The notes: generated by a model from the letters alone, not told the origin. A stretch of DNA of 64,000 nucleotides from Candidatus Omnitrophota bacterium (GCA_028712505.1 JAQTQC010000001.1:13635-77634), one strand, 5' to 3'; positions 10,672 to 21,291 are shown, counted from the first letter of the stretch. Translations and numbers: made by a program.

Positions 10672-11322
10672 TTATTTTATGATTAACTTATGCGGCCTTA
10701 AGGCCTTTTGGTAATCCCTTTCCTTGTGGATTTGCCTGATCTTATCCAGATTATTACTTTTTTCTAATTCCTTATAAATCAGAACCCAGGCACAATCCTT
10801 TTGATTATCCACTTCGCATTTTCCTTTGTTCATCCCTCCGCAGGGGCCGTTTAAAAGACTCTTGGGACAAAGCGTAACCGGACAGATTCCCGCAGTCAGA
10901 GCCAAAACACACTCTGAGCACATAGTACATTTCTCATGGAAATTACCCTGAGCATCCATGACTGCGCCAAAAATAGTATTATTGGCCGGGATGACCGGTT
11001 GTTTAAAACGATTGTTCTCTTTGATTGACTGCACACCTAAACCACAAGCCAAGACTAAAATAGCCTCGCAGTCGCGCAAAACCTTTATATTCTTGGCCAG
11101 CTCTGTCTTGATCTGGGGAGCAAGACAAGGAGCCCCTGGTAAACACATGCCCAAAATTGCCTTTCCAGCAGCCTCGAGAGCGGCTTTGAGCTTTTCCAAT
11201 TCCGGCTGGCCGCCGCTTTTACAGGTTGTAGCACATTCACCGCAACCTACCAAGAATATTTTTTTGTAATCTTTCAGACTATCCAATAACTCATCTAACG
11301 GTTTTTGCTGGCTGACGATCAT
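10672..11322 (-). CDS. Cys-rich MTHFR C-terminal-domain (MetV-like) zinc-ribbon protein
   Basis: 216 aa with many Cys and the motif 'CPKSLLNGPCGG', which I recall from the methylene-THF reductase C-terminal domain family (MetV of acetogens). Neighbours are folate (5-FCL) and Fe-S (IscU) genes. Confidence 0.5.
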   Translation of the reverse strand: MIVSQQKPLDELLDSLKDYKKIFLVGCGECATTCKSGGQPELEKLKAALEAAGKAILGMCLPGAPCLAPQIKTELAKNIKVLRDCEAILVLACGLGVQSIKENNRFKQPVIPANNTIFGAVMDAQGNFHEKCTMCSECVLALTAGICPVTLCPKSLLNGPCGGMNKGKCEVDNQKDCAWVLIYKELEKSNNLDKIRQIHKERDYQKALRPHKLIIK

Positions 11323-11367
11323 AGTAAAAATTTTAACACAGTTTTCTATCTATCTCAAGCTAAAGTT

Positions 11368-11388
11368 GAGCACCCATAGGTATTTAGC
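11368..11388. repeat. 21-bp direct repeat, copy 1 (GAGCACCCATAGGTATTTAGC)
   Basis: Identical 21-mer recurs at 11426-11446, 58 bp away. Both copies sit in the 135-bp region upstream (minus strand) of the MetV-like/IscU/5-FCL operon. Confidence 0.7.
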
Positions 11389-11425
11389 GAAATCCTTGAT
11401 TGAGCGACAGTGAAAGCAAGGAAAA

Positions 11426-11446
11426 GAGCACCCATAGGTATTTAGC
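11426..11446. repeat. 21-bp direct repeat, copy 2 (GAGCACCCATAGGTATTTAGC)
   Basis: Perfect copy of the 21-mer at 11368-11388. Confidence 0.7.
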
Positions 11447-11457
11447 ACACTTACTAC

Positions 11458-13485
11458 CTATTCCCTAAAATACTCCTCCATAGTTTCAAAGAATTCTTTA
11501 TTTCTTTGTCTTTTTTCGCCAATAATATCTTCTATCTCCACATCATCCCAGACATCCGCATTTCCAGCACCCTGGACATCTACAAACTTGTTAAGCAGAC
11601 CGCCTTGCTCGAGAAAGCGGGAAACCTGGGTGAATACCGAACCTCCGCCATCCATAAAACTCCGGGGAGACCTGTCGATATGCGGCTTTAACAAAAACAA
11701 ATTTACCTTGGCCCGCGTAGCGGCGACATAAAACAAACGGCGCTCCTCTTCAATCTCATCATCTGTTTCCAAAGACAAGTATGAAGGAAGGTGCCCCTCG
11801 GCAACATAAATTAAAAATACTGTATGCCATTCCAGGCCTTTTGCTGAATGTATAGTGGAAAGGGTAAGCGTTGTATCATCCTTGTCTCTCTTGCCCGCTT
11901 CAACCAGGCTTCTTTCCGGAGGCTCCAAAGCCATATCTACTAAAAATTGCTCCGTTGTTTTATAACGTTCAGCGATTCTCAATAACGAATCAAGATCGCT
12001 CAGGCGTTTATTAAAATCGTCATATTTATTTTTCAATAATGGCTGATAATAACCCAGGAACTTTTCGATTATCTTGGCCGGCTGATCATGTTTACAATCA
12101 ACGCTTTTTAAAAGCTCGAATAATTTAATTAATTCTCCATTTTTACACAACCAATCTTGATCCACGGTATTATTTACAATCGCTTCAATAATCTTACTTG
12201 CGGTTTTAGGCCCTATCTTGGGAATCAACAAAAGCGCGCGCAGCCAGCTTACCTGGTCAAGACCATTATAGGCGATACGCAGGTAGCTTAAGATATCTTT
12301 TATGTGCGCGGCTTCCACAAACTTCTGCCCGCCATATTTGGCAAAAGGGATATTGCGGCTGGACAGCTCAACTTCTAAATCATTAGAATGCCAGCCCGAG
12401 CGAAAAAGTACGGCGATATCCTTTAAAGCCACCCCCTCCTCCCTCAATTCAAGAATCTTATCCGCAACATAACGCGATTGCGAATTCTCATCCGGGCAAT
12501 CTAAAAAGACCGGGATATTCCCTTCTTTCTTTTCAGTGTAAAGGTGTTTTTCAAACCTTTCCTTGGCTTGAGCAATAACAGCATTAGTCAAATTCAATAT
12601 CGGCTGCGTAGAACGATAGTTCTCCTCCAAAGTAATAATTTTGGTATTTTTAAAGATCTTCGGAAAATCGATAATATTCTTAAAATTTGCACCCCGGAAA
12701 GAGTAAATACTCTGGGCATCATCGCCAACTACCATAATATTGGCATGATCGGCAGCCAAAAGACAAGCAATATGCGCCTGGAGCTTGTTGGTATCCTGAT
12801 ATTCATCAACCATGATATATCTATATTTGGCTGAGATGCTCGCGCGCACATCTTCATGCCTGGTAAGCAATTCTTTCAGAAAAATCAACAGGTCGTCATA
12901 ATCTAAAAGAGACTTTTGGCGCTTATACTTATTATATTCCTGGCGGATTTTCTTAATCTCCTCGCTGAATTCCATAAATTGGGGGTATTCGTCATAGATA
13001 ACATCGGCGATATCTTCGGATTTATTAACGCTCTTAGAAATAATTTCTAAAATAGCATGTTTACGCGGGAAACGTTTTTCGGATTTATGATACCCCAATT
13101 GCACACGCAATAAATTCACAGCATCTTCCGCATCCGCCTGATCAAGGATGGTAAAGTTATTGTTGAGCTCCAGGAGTTTGGCGTATTTACGCAAGATCAT
13201 ATTGGCAAAAGAATGAAAGGTACCTCCGGAGATATTCCTGCAACGTTCATCCAAAAGCAGACTCGCCCGACGAAGCATCTCTTCAGCTGCCCTGCGAGTA
13301 AATGTAAGCAATAGGATTTGATCCGGACTAATCCCTTGTTCAACTAAATAAGCTGCCCGGTGGACCAAAACCCGCGTTTTACCGCTGCCGGCTCCGGCGA
13401 TAACCAGATACGGACCGTTGATCGACTCAACAGCCTCAAGCTGCGCCCTGTTCAGTTCCTTTTTATAATCTATTTTTTTAGACAT
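11458..13485 (-). CDS. uvrD: ATP-dependent DNA helicase, UvrD/PcrA/Rep family
   Basis: 'LNRAQLEAVESINGPYLVIAGAGSGKTRVLVHRAAYLV' is helicase motif I/Ia of the UvrD family. 675 aa. Confidence 0.9.
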   Translation of the reverse strand: MSKKIDYKKELNRAQLEAVESINGPYLVIAGAGSGKTRVLVHRAAYLVEQGISPDQILLLTFTRRAAEEMLRRASLLLDERCRNISGGTFHSFANMILRKYAKLLELNNNFTILDQADAEDAVNLLRVQLGYHKSEKRFPRKHAILEIISKSVNKSEDIADVIYDEYPQFMEFSEEIKKIRQEYNKYKRQKSLLDYDDLLIFLKELLTRHEDVRASISAKYRYIMVDEYQDTNKLQAHIACLLAADHANIMVVGDDAQSIYSFRGANFKNIIDFPKIFKNTKIITLEENYRSTQPILNLTNAVIAQAKERFEKHLYTEKKEGNIPVFLDCPDENSQSRYVADKILELREEGVALKDIAVLFRSGWHSNDLEVELSSRNIPFAKYGGQKFVEAAHIKDILSYLRIAYNGLDQVSWLRALLLIPKIGPKTASKIIEAIVNNTVDQDWLCKNGELIKLFELLKSVDCKHDQPAKIIEKFLGYYQPLLKNKYDDFNKRLSDLDSLLRIAERYKTTEQFLVDMALEPPERSLVEAGKRDKDDTTLTLSTIHSAKGLEWHTVFLIYVAEGHLPSYLSLETDDEIEEERRLFYVAATRAKVNLFLLKPHIDRSPRSFMDGGGSVFTQVSRFLEQGGLLNKFVDVQGAGNADVWDDVEIEDIIGEKRQRNKEFFETMEEYFRE

Positions 13486-13550
13486 GGGGATATTTTGTGC
13501 ATATCATTCTAATCCTTGGCGGTTTTATTGCAAGATAAATATTGGAAGGA

Positions 13551-16500
13551 TTACAACCTTGCTAAAATGAATCTCATCTCTGCATCTGGTTTACCTGAAT
13601 CCAGCAGGGCCAACATTTCTTTAAGTGAAAGGTCTGTGTTAAGCGCCAAATCTTCCTGCATCCTCAGCATATCTGCAATACAATCTAAAACCTTTCCCAT
13701 CTCCAGGCTGATATTCTTGTGTTCACTACAAGCCCAAAGGTATTCTTTAACCCGTTCACTGGAAGGGATGATTCCCGCCTTAAGCATATTATCAATTTGG
13801 GCCCAGGATGCATCAAGATTAATACCGACCAACTGAGCTGGAACTGCTAAGCTGCCTAGCTGCCTATTTAACCCCAACCGGGCAACAAGGGGCAGAGAAC
13901 GCAGATCAATCCCTCCAACAGGGGTACCACCAGGATCATCCTGACCTGAAGGATTGACAGCTTCTTCTGCGTTCAATTTTATAAGTTCATTTCTTAAAAT
14001 AAAAACTTGCAGCAGAAATTTGTTTTTTTGTTCTGATTTTTCAATAACAATCGGTTGGTTATTGCTATCCAAGCCAGCCTTTCTGTCAAACTCGATCGGG
14101 TAAAATGTATTTTCAACAGCCCGCCCCTGCTGCTCCAGGCCGGAAAAACGCAAGGCCTCCGAAAGTCTGCTATAAAACATAAAGCTATCTGTTTTTTTCA
14201 AGGCATCCGCTTCGGATAATCCCTGTTTACGCAGTTGATCGTATATTACACCCTCCAGGAAAAGTACTATTGAACCGGTCAAGGTAGTGTCTATAAACCT
14301 GACACCTTTACGCTTAATGCTCTCCATATCCAGGCCCACCGAGGACAAATACAACAGCGCCTTTTCTGCAGCCTGGCGCAGATTATTGCCATAACCATCA
14401 AATTGTCCGTAGGCTTTTTCATTGCCGGGGTTTTCTTGATTCATAAGACCGGAAAGAAGATTAAAAAAACGCAATTTGAATTCCGGAAAATCCTCCGCGG
14501 CCACCGCTTCATCCCTATCGTACCCCATTTCTTTCTTTATAGACTGAAACATAAAATGGATGACTCCATCTCCTGCTATTGAGCCGAAGAAGAATCTAAA
14601 AGTCGCCTTTGATAAAAATAGCCCCTGTGCAGGTTTGTTTTTTAATTTTTCTGCAGCGTAAAGCGCAAAGGAATCCCGGAATAAGAATATATTCTCCTTG
14701 CCGTCATCTTTGAGGGCGCCCGCGAATTTATGTGCTAACTGTGCCTGGAGCATAGCGTTATTGTATAAATCTACGAATATCGACGGACTGATCCCGAGTT
14801 GACTGGCTATATCTTCCATTTCCTCGCGCCCAAGAATATTGCCGGATTCTTGCAATATTCCGTCAAACCAACGCATGAAGTTAATAAACGGTCCACTGAT
14901 TTCCTGTCTTGCGAATTCTTCAGCGGGAGAACTAACGGGTTTATCCTGAGCAAGAGGAGTTGTTCTTAATTGGATGAGCACCTTAAACGGCGACATCTTC
15001 ATCCATTGTCCATCGCTTAAGTGGATAACCACCCGGGAAGTTTTCTTCGCAGAACCTCCCTCGACAAATCCACCTTTTTCTATAAAATCAGCCTGATCGA
15101 ATATCCCGGAATAATTATACCGCGATACATACTGTCCGGACAAATAACCAAAATCAACCAAAGAGGTGATATTAACCGGTTCTGAATCCCGGACCTTCTG
15201 ATAAATCTCCTCTACGCCCATGCCGCTGTATTTGCCTGACCAAACAGCATCGCCTTCCTTGGCAAAATCACGCTCGGCCTCCAGCCGATGATGCTGTTGA
15301 CTTAAATCCCCAAAGGCATAGTCGATAGTGATAATCTCGCCGCGCTCAAGGCTACGCTCCATCTCGTCCTGCCAATCAAGAGACTCGAGATTTACCGCTA
15401 TCTCCTTGCCTGCTTTCAGCTCAATGCCGTTTTTCTTAAGATAATCAAGGTAAGTATTGATGCGCGGATCGGATAGAGGGCCCGGGACATCATGTAGCAT
15501 ACCGTTATTATCCACTGCCACATATAGCTCTTGCGGCTGGCCAACTGCATCAAACCTTACCCGATGGATTCCAAAGTCATCGGGTAGCTCATTAGAAAGA
15601 AACGCCCCGGTGATCAAACCGTATTCCTGCCGCAAAGAAGCTAGATTACGGGCATCAGAACCAACCCAAGAAACTTTTCCCTGAAATTCTCCAAGCTTCT
15701 TTTCCTGAGTAATCTTTAAGTTAGCCTGGCTAATCTCTACGATAACATACCTCAAGGCTTTATAAAGAGTAGGTTCGGTTGCAGGAAATTTTTTATCCTG
15801 TTCTTTTAATTGATTCAGAATATTGAAGGCTAATGTCCCGTTACCAGCACCCATTTCTACAATCGTAAATACAGAAGGCTGCCCAAGCATCAGCCATTTT
15901 TGCATTAAATGGTTTGAAATCGCCTGGGCCAGCAACTCTCCTTCTTTGCCTTCGGCAAATGTCAGGAATCCATCATCAACATCTTTCTCGATTTTCGCCC
16001 GAGAAGCATAATATCCGTATTTTGGATGCCCCTGGGCTATATTCATAAAATCAGCAAATGTTATTTTTTTATCCGGAGCCATACCGATATATTCCATAAC
16101 CACTTCGTATATATTGCTTGCTGAGGAGGAGCCGAGAAAAGATATAGCAGGTTCTTTTGTAATATTCACTTCTCCTGCGGACGAGCTAGACATGCCGACA
16201 AGATAATCTTTTTTAGAAGCAATGTCTCCCTGAAGAGATCTTTTTGCATTTATTACGCTGTAGGGATCGCTAATCGCTGGATCTGGACCTGTGGGCCGCT
16301 GAGGAAAGGATTGCTCGGGAACAAGCTGTATTCCTCCACTAAAATATCTTCTCACGGACCGCCCATAAAGAGTTTGAACTGATTCTTTAAATTTATACTC
16401 ACCATCTTTAAAAGAACTTTGGTATTGCTGAAAGTATTGCTGTTTGGACCAGCTGCCAGTTGAGATTAAACCGGTTAAGTCTCTCTTGTCTATACGCAAA

Positions 16501-17351
16501 CTGCAAATGCCCCCCTTGCCGGAGAATCTGGCCTTAAACCACTGGGCAAGGATTAATGAATAATAAACTTGCCGCAATGAAGCATATCTCTTGGAGGTGT
16601 TTACCTCCTTAGTAAGTTTGGGGATAATCTCATCTTTGATCAACCGGCTTGAATATTCGTTTAAAGTTTTCAGCCTGGGGTCCTGGAAATTATAGTTAGC
16701 TGAATTCTTAAGATAATCATCCTCGAGCAAAACCTTGAGAGTAGCCTTGTAAATATAAGCGTTGTTTTCCGCTTCTCCGATAATAATCTCATCCGGAACT
16801 ATCCAGGGCCTGACCAAAGTAGGAATAGTAATGTTATCGGCACCTAAAAGTTCTTCAGCTTTCCTATAAAGTTTATCCCAGTATTGTTTGCCTTCCGGAG
16901 TCTGGGGAGAAGTGTAGGCTGCGGTGTCCTTTTTAAGCTGGACATCGGCTTCTAGCAGAATCCTGCCTGCTTCAGTCTGCACCAAGTAGTCATCAATAAT
17001 ATTATCCGCTGAATCAGGTCTAAGGTTAACCCAAAAACTATCATTGGGCAGGGTAATGCCGGTAAAAAAATAGCTCAAGAGCTCCCTGGCCGAATCCTTG
17101 AGAACTGTCTCTGGTAATTGCCGGGAATCTCCTTTGTCTAACAAGAGCTTAAAACTATTGTCCAGCTTATCATAGGAAAGATAGCGTAAATGTACAGGCC
17201 TGAATTTATCCGTAGACAGAGAATTACCTAAAGCGGAGAAATAACCGGAGACATCCAATTGACCGGTTGACTGGGCAAATCCAGATTGCTCAAAGACAAG
17301 CAGGAAACAAATTAAAAAATAAATTATCCTGGGAAATTTGTTTTTCATCAT
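13551..17351 (-). CDS. large exported protein (1266 aa) with an internal MidA/NDUFAF7-like (DUF185, SAM-dependent methyltransferase fold) domain
   Basis: Signal peptide 'IIYFLICFLLVFEQSGFAQS'. Internal 'VEMGAGNGTLAFNIL' (methyltransferase motif I, as in MidA 'ELGPGrGTL') and 'GAFLSNELPDDFGIHRV' (MidA 'ANEllDAlPvhr' motif). The rest has no recognisable similarity. Confidence 0.55.
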   Translation of the reverse strand: MMKNKFPRIIYFLICFLLVFEQSGFAQSTGQLDVSGYFSALGNSLSTDKFRPVHLRYLSYDKLDNSFKLLLDKGDSRQLPETVLKDSARELLSYFFTGITLPNDSFWVNLRPDSADNIIDDYLVQTEAGRILLEADVQLKKDTAAYTSPQTPEGKQYWDKLYRKAEELLGADNITIPTLVRPWIVPDEIIIGEAENNAYIYKATLKVLLEDDYLKNSANYNFQDPRLKTLNEYSSRLIKDEIIPKLTKEVNTSKRYASLRQVYYSLILAQWFKARFSGKGGICSLRIDKRDLTGLISTGSWSKQQYFQQYQSSFKDGEYKFKESVQTLYGRSVRRYFSGGIQLVPEQSFPQRPTGPDPAISDPYSVINAKRSLQGDIASKKDYLVGMSSSSAGEVNITKEPAISFLGSSSASNIYEVVMEYIGMAPDKKITFADFMNIAQGHPKYGYYASRAKIEKDVDDGFLTFAEGKEGELLAQAISNHLMQKWLMLGQPSVFTIVEMGAGNGTLAFNILNQLKEQDKKFPATEPTLYKALRYVIVEISQANLKITQEKKLGEFQGKVSWVGSDARNLASLRQEYGLITGAFLSNELPDDFGIHRVRFDAVGQPQELYVAVDNNGMLHDVPGPLSDPRINTYLDYLKKNGIELKAGKEIAVNLESLDWQDEMERSLERGEIITIDYAFGDLSQQHHRLEAERDFAKEGDAVWSGKYSGMGVEEIYQKVRDSEPVNITSLVDFGYLSGQYVSRYNYSGIFDQADFIEKGGFVEGGSAKKTSRVVIHLSDGQWMKMSPFKVLIQLRTTPLAQDKPVSSPAEEFARQEISGPFINFMRWFDGILQESGNILGREEMEDIASQLGISPSIFVDLYNNAMLQAQLAHKFAGALKDDGKENIFLFRDSFALYAAEKLKNKPAQGLFLSKATFRFFFGSIAGDGVIHFMFQSIKKEMGYDRDEAVAAEDFPEFKLRFFNLLSGLMNQENPGNEKAYGQFDGYGNNLRQAAEKALLYLSSVGLDMESIKRKGVRFIDTTLTGSIVLFLEGVIYDQLRKQGLSEADALKKTDSFMFYSRLSEALRFSGLEQQGRAVENTFYPIEFDRKAGLDSNNQPIVIEKSEQKNKFLLQVFILRNELIKLNAEEAVNPSGQDDPGGTPVGGIDLRSLPLVARLGLNRQLGSLAVPAQLVGINLDASWAQIDNMLKAGIIPSSERVKEYLWACSEHKNISLEMGKVLDCIADMLRMQEDLALNTDLSLKEMLALLDSGKPDAEMRFILARL

Positions 17352-17573
17352 CTGATTTTTTGACGCTTCTCTTGCTTAATCAACCGTAATATAATAAGTA
17401 TGCTATATAGGTAAACAAATACAAGGCTAAATATGAAATCTCGGGAAAGCGCTTTCTAAAAAACCTTAAAATGCCCTTGATTTTTATTGTGCATATGGCA
17501 TGCTTGGGTTACTCTTTTTTGTTAACTGAAATGGAGGAGTCGATAGCGAAAGCTGCAGAGGATTATCCCCTCC

Positions 17574-17605
17574 AAAAAGGACCCCAAGAATCGGGGCCCT
17601 TTTTG
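17574..17605 (-). terminator. rho-independent, bidirectional-type terminator downstream of the cyclophilin/EF-G operon
   Basis: 'AAAAAGG-ACCCC-aagaatc-GGGGC-CCTTTTTG' is a GC stem flanked by an A-run and a T-run. It lies 30 nt past the ppiB-like stop. Confidence 0.5.
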
Positions 17606-17635
17606 TTTACGGAGATATTTATATCCTGGATGGTT

Positions 17636-18175
17636 TTATTTTACATAAGCCCGGATTATTTTTTGCTCACTAACCGGACGGTCTTCGGCATTAACCGGAG
17701 TGTTTTCAATCTTCTGAACCACTTCCAAGCCGGAAACCACTTCACCAAATATAGTATGACGCATATTCAACCAAGGTGTTTTCGCGCAGGTAATAAAAAA
17801 CTGGCTACCGTTGGTATTTGGTCCGGCATTAGCCATCGCTAAGATCCCGGGGCCGTCAAATTTGGCTTGCGGGGTAACTTCATCTTCAAATGGTTTTCCC
17901 CAAATTGACTCTCCGCCCATCCCGGTTCCTGTAGGATCACCGCCTTGAATCATGAAACCCTTGATTACACGATGAAATATTAAACCGTTGTAATAACCTT
18001 TTTCAATTAACTTTACAAAATTCTCGCAAGTCTTGGGAGCAACATCGGTTTTTAACTTTATCTCAATATCCCCTTGATTGGTTTCTAAAATTACTAATTT
18101 CTCATCCATAGCAAAGCTTCCTCCATAGCAGTTAATCAAACACAGGGTTAATAAAACAACTAGTAGTTTTTTCAT
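17636..18175 (-). CDS. ppiB: peptidyl-prolyl cis-trans isomerase, cyclophilin type (exported)
   Basis: Signal peptide, then '[33 protein letters not shown]' cyclophilin core. Confidence 0.88.
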   Translation of the reverse strand: MKKLLVVLLTLCLINCYGGSFAMDEKLVILETNQGDIEIKLKTDVAPKTCENFVKLIEKGYYNGLIFHRVIKGFMIQGGDPTGTGMGGESIWGKPFEDEVTPQAKFDGPGILAMANAGPNTNGSQFFITCAKTPWLNMRHTIFGEVVSGLEVVQKIENTPVNAEDRPVSEQKIIRAYVK

Positions 18176-21100
18176 GCCTTTTCTCCTTCTTCTTTCTGTT
18201 TTTGCTTTTCCAAAATAATCTTTTGAGCGATTTCATTTGGAACTTGCGTATATTTATCAAACTCCATGCTGGCATTAGCCCTGCCGCTGGAGAGAGAGCG
18301 AAAATTGGTAGCATAACCGAACATCTCCGATAGAGGGGCTTCTGCGGAAATAATTTTCTGGTTTGCCTTGGCATCAATATTTAAAATCTTGCCGCGGTGC
18401 GAACAAATAAATCCCACGCAACCGTTAACATATTCTTCGGGGGTCGAAACCTCCAGCTTCATGCTTGGTTCAAGAAACACCGGGTTACCCTTCATAAACG
18501 CCTCTTTAAACCCGAATATGGCTGCCATTTTAAAAGCAATTTCCGACGAATCAACTTCGTGGTATGAACCATCAACTAATGACACTTTCACATCTACGAC
18601 TGGATATCCACCATATGCCCCTTTTTGCATCGCCTCAATTACCCCTTTTTCCACCGCCGGGATAAATGAACGAGGAATTGCTCCTCCCTTAATCTTGTCG
18701 ATAAACTCAAACCCTTCCCCTGCTTTATTAGGGACCAGCTCTAAGACTACGTGACCATATTGACCACGACCGCCGGATTGTTTAATGTATTTATTTTCTG
18801 CACTGGCTGGCTTGAGAATAGTCTCCCGATAAGCAACCTTAGGCTGCCCTACGATTGCCACAACCCCAAATTCCTCCTTTAGCCTATCAACGATAATCTC
18901 TAGATGCAACTCACCCATACCGGTAAGGATGACTTCTTTGGTTTCCTCATCAGTCTCCACTTTGAATGTAGGATCCTCTTCCGTGAGTTTCGCCAATCCC
19001 TTCCCTAGCTTATCCTGGTCATCCCTGCTCTTCGGGACAATACTTAAAGAAATCACCGGCGTAGGAAATTTTATCGCCTCTAAAATTAGAGGATGATCAA
19101 CATCACAAAGCGTATCCCCGGTTATCGTACTAGACAAGCCGGGAATCGCTATAATATCTCCGGCAAAGGCATAATCAATATTTTCGCGCTGATTAGCGTG
19201 CATCTGCACAATACGGCCGATTCTTTCTTTCTTGTTTTTCAATGTATTCAGGACATACGTACCAGTGGATAAAATTCCGGAATACACCCGCACATAAACA
19301 AGCTTGCCCATATGCTGGTCAGCCTGCACCTTAAAAGCCAGTCCACAAAACGGTTCTTTAATATCCGCCTTGCGCAATAATTTCTTCTCCGAGTCGTTTA
19401 TATCGCTTCCTTCAATCGCAGGTAAATCCAGTGGTGAAGGTAAAAAAGCAACAATGGTATCTAATAATTTCTGCACCCCTTTATTTTTAAAAGATGCCCC
19501 ACAGGTAACCGGAACCATTTTATTAGCAATAGTCCCCTGGCGGATAGCCTGATACAACTCCTCTATGGTAATCGACTCTTCTGATTCCAAGAACTTTTTC
19601 ATAAGCGCGTCGTCCAAACCAACTGCACGCTCGACCATAATGTGCCGGTATTTTACCGCTTGTTCTTTATAATCTTGCGGTATTTCATTAACCGTAAACT
19701 CTTTACCTAAAGATGCGTCATCGTATATATAAGCTTTCATCTCGATCAAATCAATCACTCCGCGGAATTTATCTTCAGATCCTATAGGAATTTCCAAGGG
19801 AACGGCATTAGCTCCTAGATCTTTCTCAATTCCGTTTAACACGCTAAAAAAGTCTGCTCCGGTACGATCCATTTTATTTATAAAAGCAATCTTCGGCACA
19901 TGGTATTTATCCGACTGTCTCCACACTGTCTCTGACTGTGGTTCTACTCCGCCCACCGCGCAAAATACCGCGACAGCCCCATCCAAGACCCTCAAGGAAC
20001 GCTCTACCTCAACCGTAAAATCAACATGCCCCGGGGTATCAATAATATTAATCCGGTGATCTTTCCAAAAACAAGTAGTAGCCGCGGATGTAATAGTGAT
20101 ACCCCGCTCCTGCTCCTGCTTCATCCAATCCATAGTTGCCGCTCCATCGTGGACTTCACCGATTTTATACGAACGTCCGGTATAAAAGAGTATTCTTTCA
20201 GTAGTGGTAGTTTTACCGGCATCAATATGCGCCATAATCCCGATATTTCTTACTTTATCCAGGCTTATCCTCGGGACTACCTGCGATTCCGGACTAGGCT
20301 CTTCTGCTCTTAGAGCCTGCTCACCTGTAGAATCTGCTGTTGCCGGAATTTCTTCTTTTACTTGTTCCGCCTCTGCCGAAATCTGCTCTTTCATCGGCTC
20401 TTGTGGCTTATAATCGTCTTCAAAAGAAGCTTCTTTTATCTTCTCATCCATGCCAGTTGGTATTCCTTCCGGCAATACCTCATCTTTTACCTGCTCTTCC
20501 GCTGCCACTTTTTCTTCCAGCCTAACCTCAGGGTCTTTCTTTTTGGCCTCCGGCAAGGATGATTCTTTTGCTTTTTCTCCCTGACGCAAATGAGCAATCT
20601 CTTCGGCAAAATTCTTTAACCTTTCCTGAGCAGACTCTAAATCTTTTTCCAGCTGAGTATATTCTTCATTTAATTTATTGAATTCTGATTTGGGAACCCA
20701 CTCGTTTATCTTTTCTTTGCGCTTAAATTCGGCAATAACGGCTAAATATTCATCGATGTTCTTAAGTTGTTTTTCAATCTGGTGTTTTTGTATCTGCACC
20801 TGCTCCTCTTTAAGCTTAGCCTCTGTTTCTTTTGTTTCCAGGGAAGTCTTAATTTCCCGGATCTCCCGTGATAAATTTACATTCTTAGCAAACTCTTCCT
20901 GTAATTCGTTTTCTTTAGCGATAAATTTATTCTTTAAATCCAGATTTTCCGGTTTTATCTTGGACAGCTCTGCCTCGGCCCTGGCCACCCACTCATCCCG
21001 GCGTTTTAATTCTTCAGAGAACTTAGCCTCTTTTTCTGCTACTGCTGTAAATTCGTTTTTTTCATTTTCATATGCGGCTTTGGTCTGGCTTAACTCATTT

Positions 21101-21285
21101 TCCAATTCAGAGACTTGTTTTTGCAACCGCTGTATTTTTTGTTCCTTAGCAGGTTCATCCGAAGGCGTAGGTCCTTTTTCGTTTTTCCTGGCATGTTCCT
21201 TATCGGGAGCGCTAAACATCCCGACAGTAGCATAAATAACCATTCCCACACCTAAAACCGCTAATATTAACATTGCCGCTATCAT
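18172..21285 (-). CDS. elongation factor G paralog with an N-terminal transmembrane helix and ~320-aa coiled-coil extension
   Basis: Residues ~345-1037 are full-length EF-G ('[24 protein letters not shown]...[26 protein letters not shown]...'). Residues 1-25 '[24 protein letters not shown]' are hydrophobic. Residues ~40-340 are K/E-rich heptad-like sequence. One uninterrupted 1037-codon ORF. Confidence 0.75.
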   Translation of the reverse strand: MIAAMLILAVLGVGMVIYATVGMFSAPDKEHARKNEKGPTPSDEPAKEQKIQRLQKQVSELENELSQTKAAYENEKNEFTAVAEKEAKFSEELKRRDEWVARAEAELSKIKPENLDLKNKFIAKENELQEEFAKNVNLSREIREIKTSLETKETEAKLKEEQVQIQKHQIEKQLKNIDEYLAVIAEFKRKEKINEWVPKSEFNKLNEEYTQLEKDLESAQERLKNFAEEIAHLRQGEKAKESSLPEAKKKDPEVRLEEKVAAEEQVKDEVLPEGIPTGMDEKIKEASFEDDYKPQEPMKEQISAEAEQVKEEIPATADSTGEQALRAEEPSPESQVVPRISLDKVRNIGIMAHIDAGKTTTTERILFYTGRSYKIGEVHDGAATMDWMKQEQERGITITSAATTCFWKDHRINIIDTPGHVDFTVEVERSLRVLDGAVAVFCAVGGVEPQSETVWRQSDKYHVPKIAFINKMDRTGADFFSVLNGIEKDLGANAVPLEIPIGSEDKFRGVIDLIEMKAYIYDDASLGKEFTVNEIPQDYKEQAVKYRHIMVERAVGLDDALMKKFLESEESITIEELYQAIRQGTIANKMVPVTCGASFKNKGVQKLLDTIVAFLPSPLDLPAIEGSDINDSEKKLLRKADIKEPFCGLAFKVQADQHMGKLVYVRVYSGILSTGTYVLNTLKNKKERIGRIVQMHANQRENIDYAFAGDIIAIPGLSSTITGDTLCDVDHPLILEAIKFPTPVISLSIVPKSRDDQDKLGKGLAKLTEEDPTFKVETDEETKEVILTGMGELHLEIIVDRLKEEFGVVAIVGQPKVAYRETILKPASAENKYIKQSGGRGQYGHVVLELVPNKAGEGFEFIDKIKGGAIPRSFIPAVEKGVIEAMQKGAYGGYPVVDVKVSLVDGSYHEVDSSEIAFKMAAIFGFKEAFMKGNPVFLEPSMKLEVSTPEEYVNGCVGFICSHRGKILNIDAKANQKIISAEAPLSEMFGYATNFRSLSSGRANASMEFDKYTQVPNEIAQKIILEKQKQKEEGEKA

Positions 21286-21291
21286 AATAAT

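Noticed and set aside
18132-18377. 81-aa minus-strand ORF overlapping the end of the EF-G paralog and the start of the cyclophilin gene.
   Set aside because: Alternative frame across a gene junction. Arg/Lys-rich low-complexity translation with no support.
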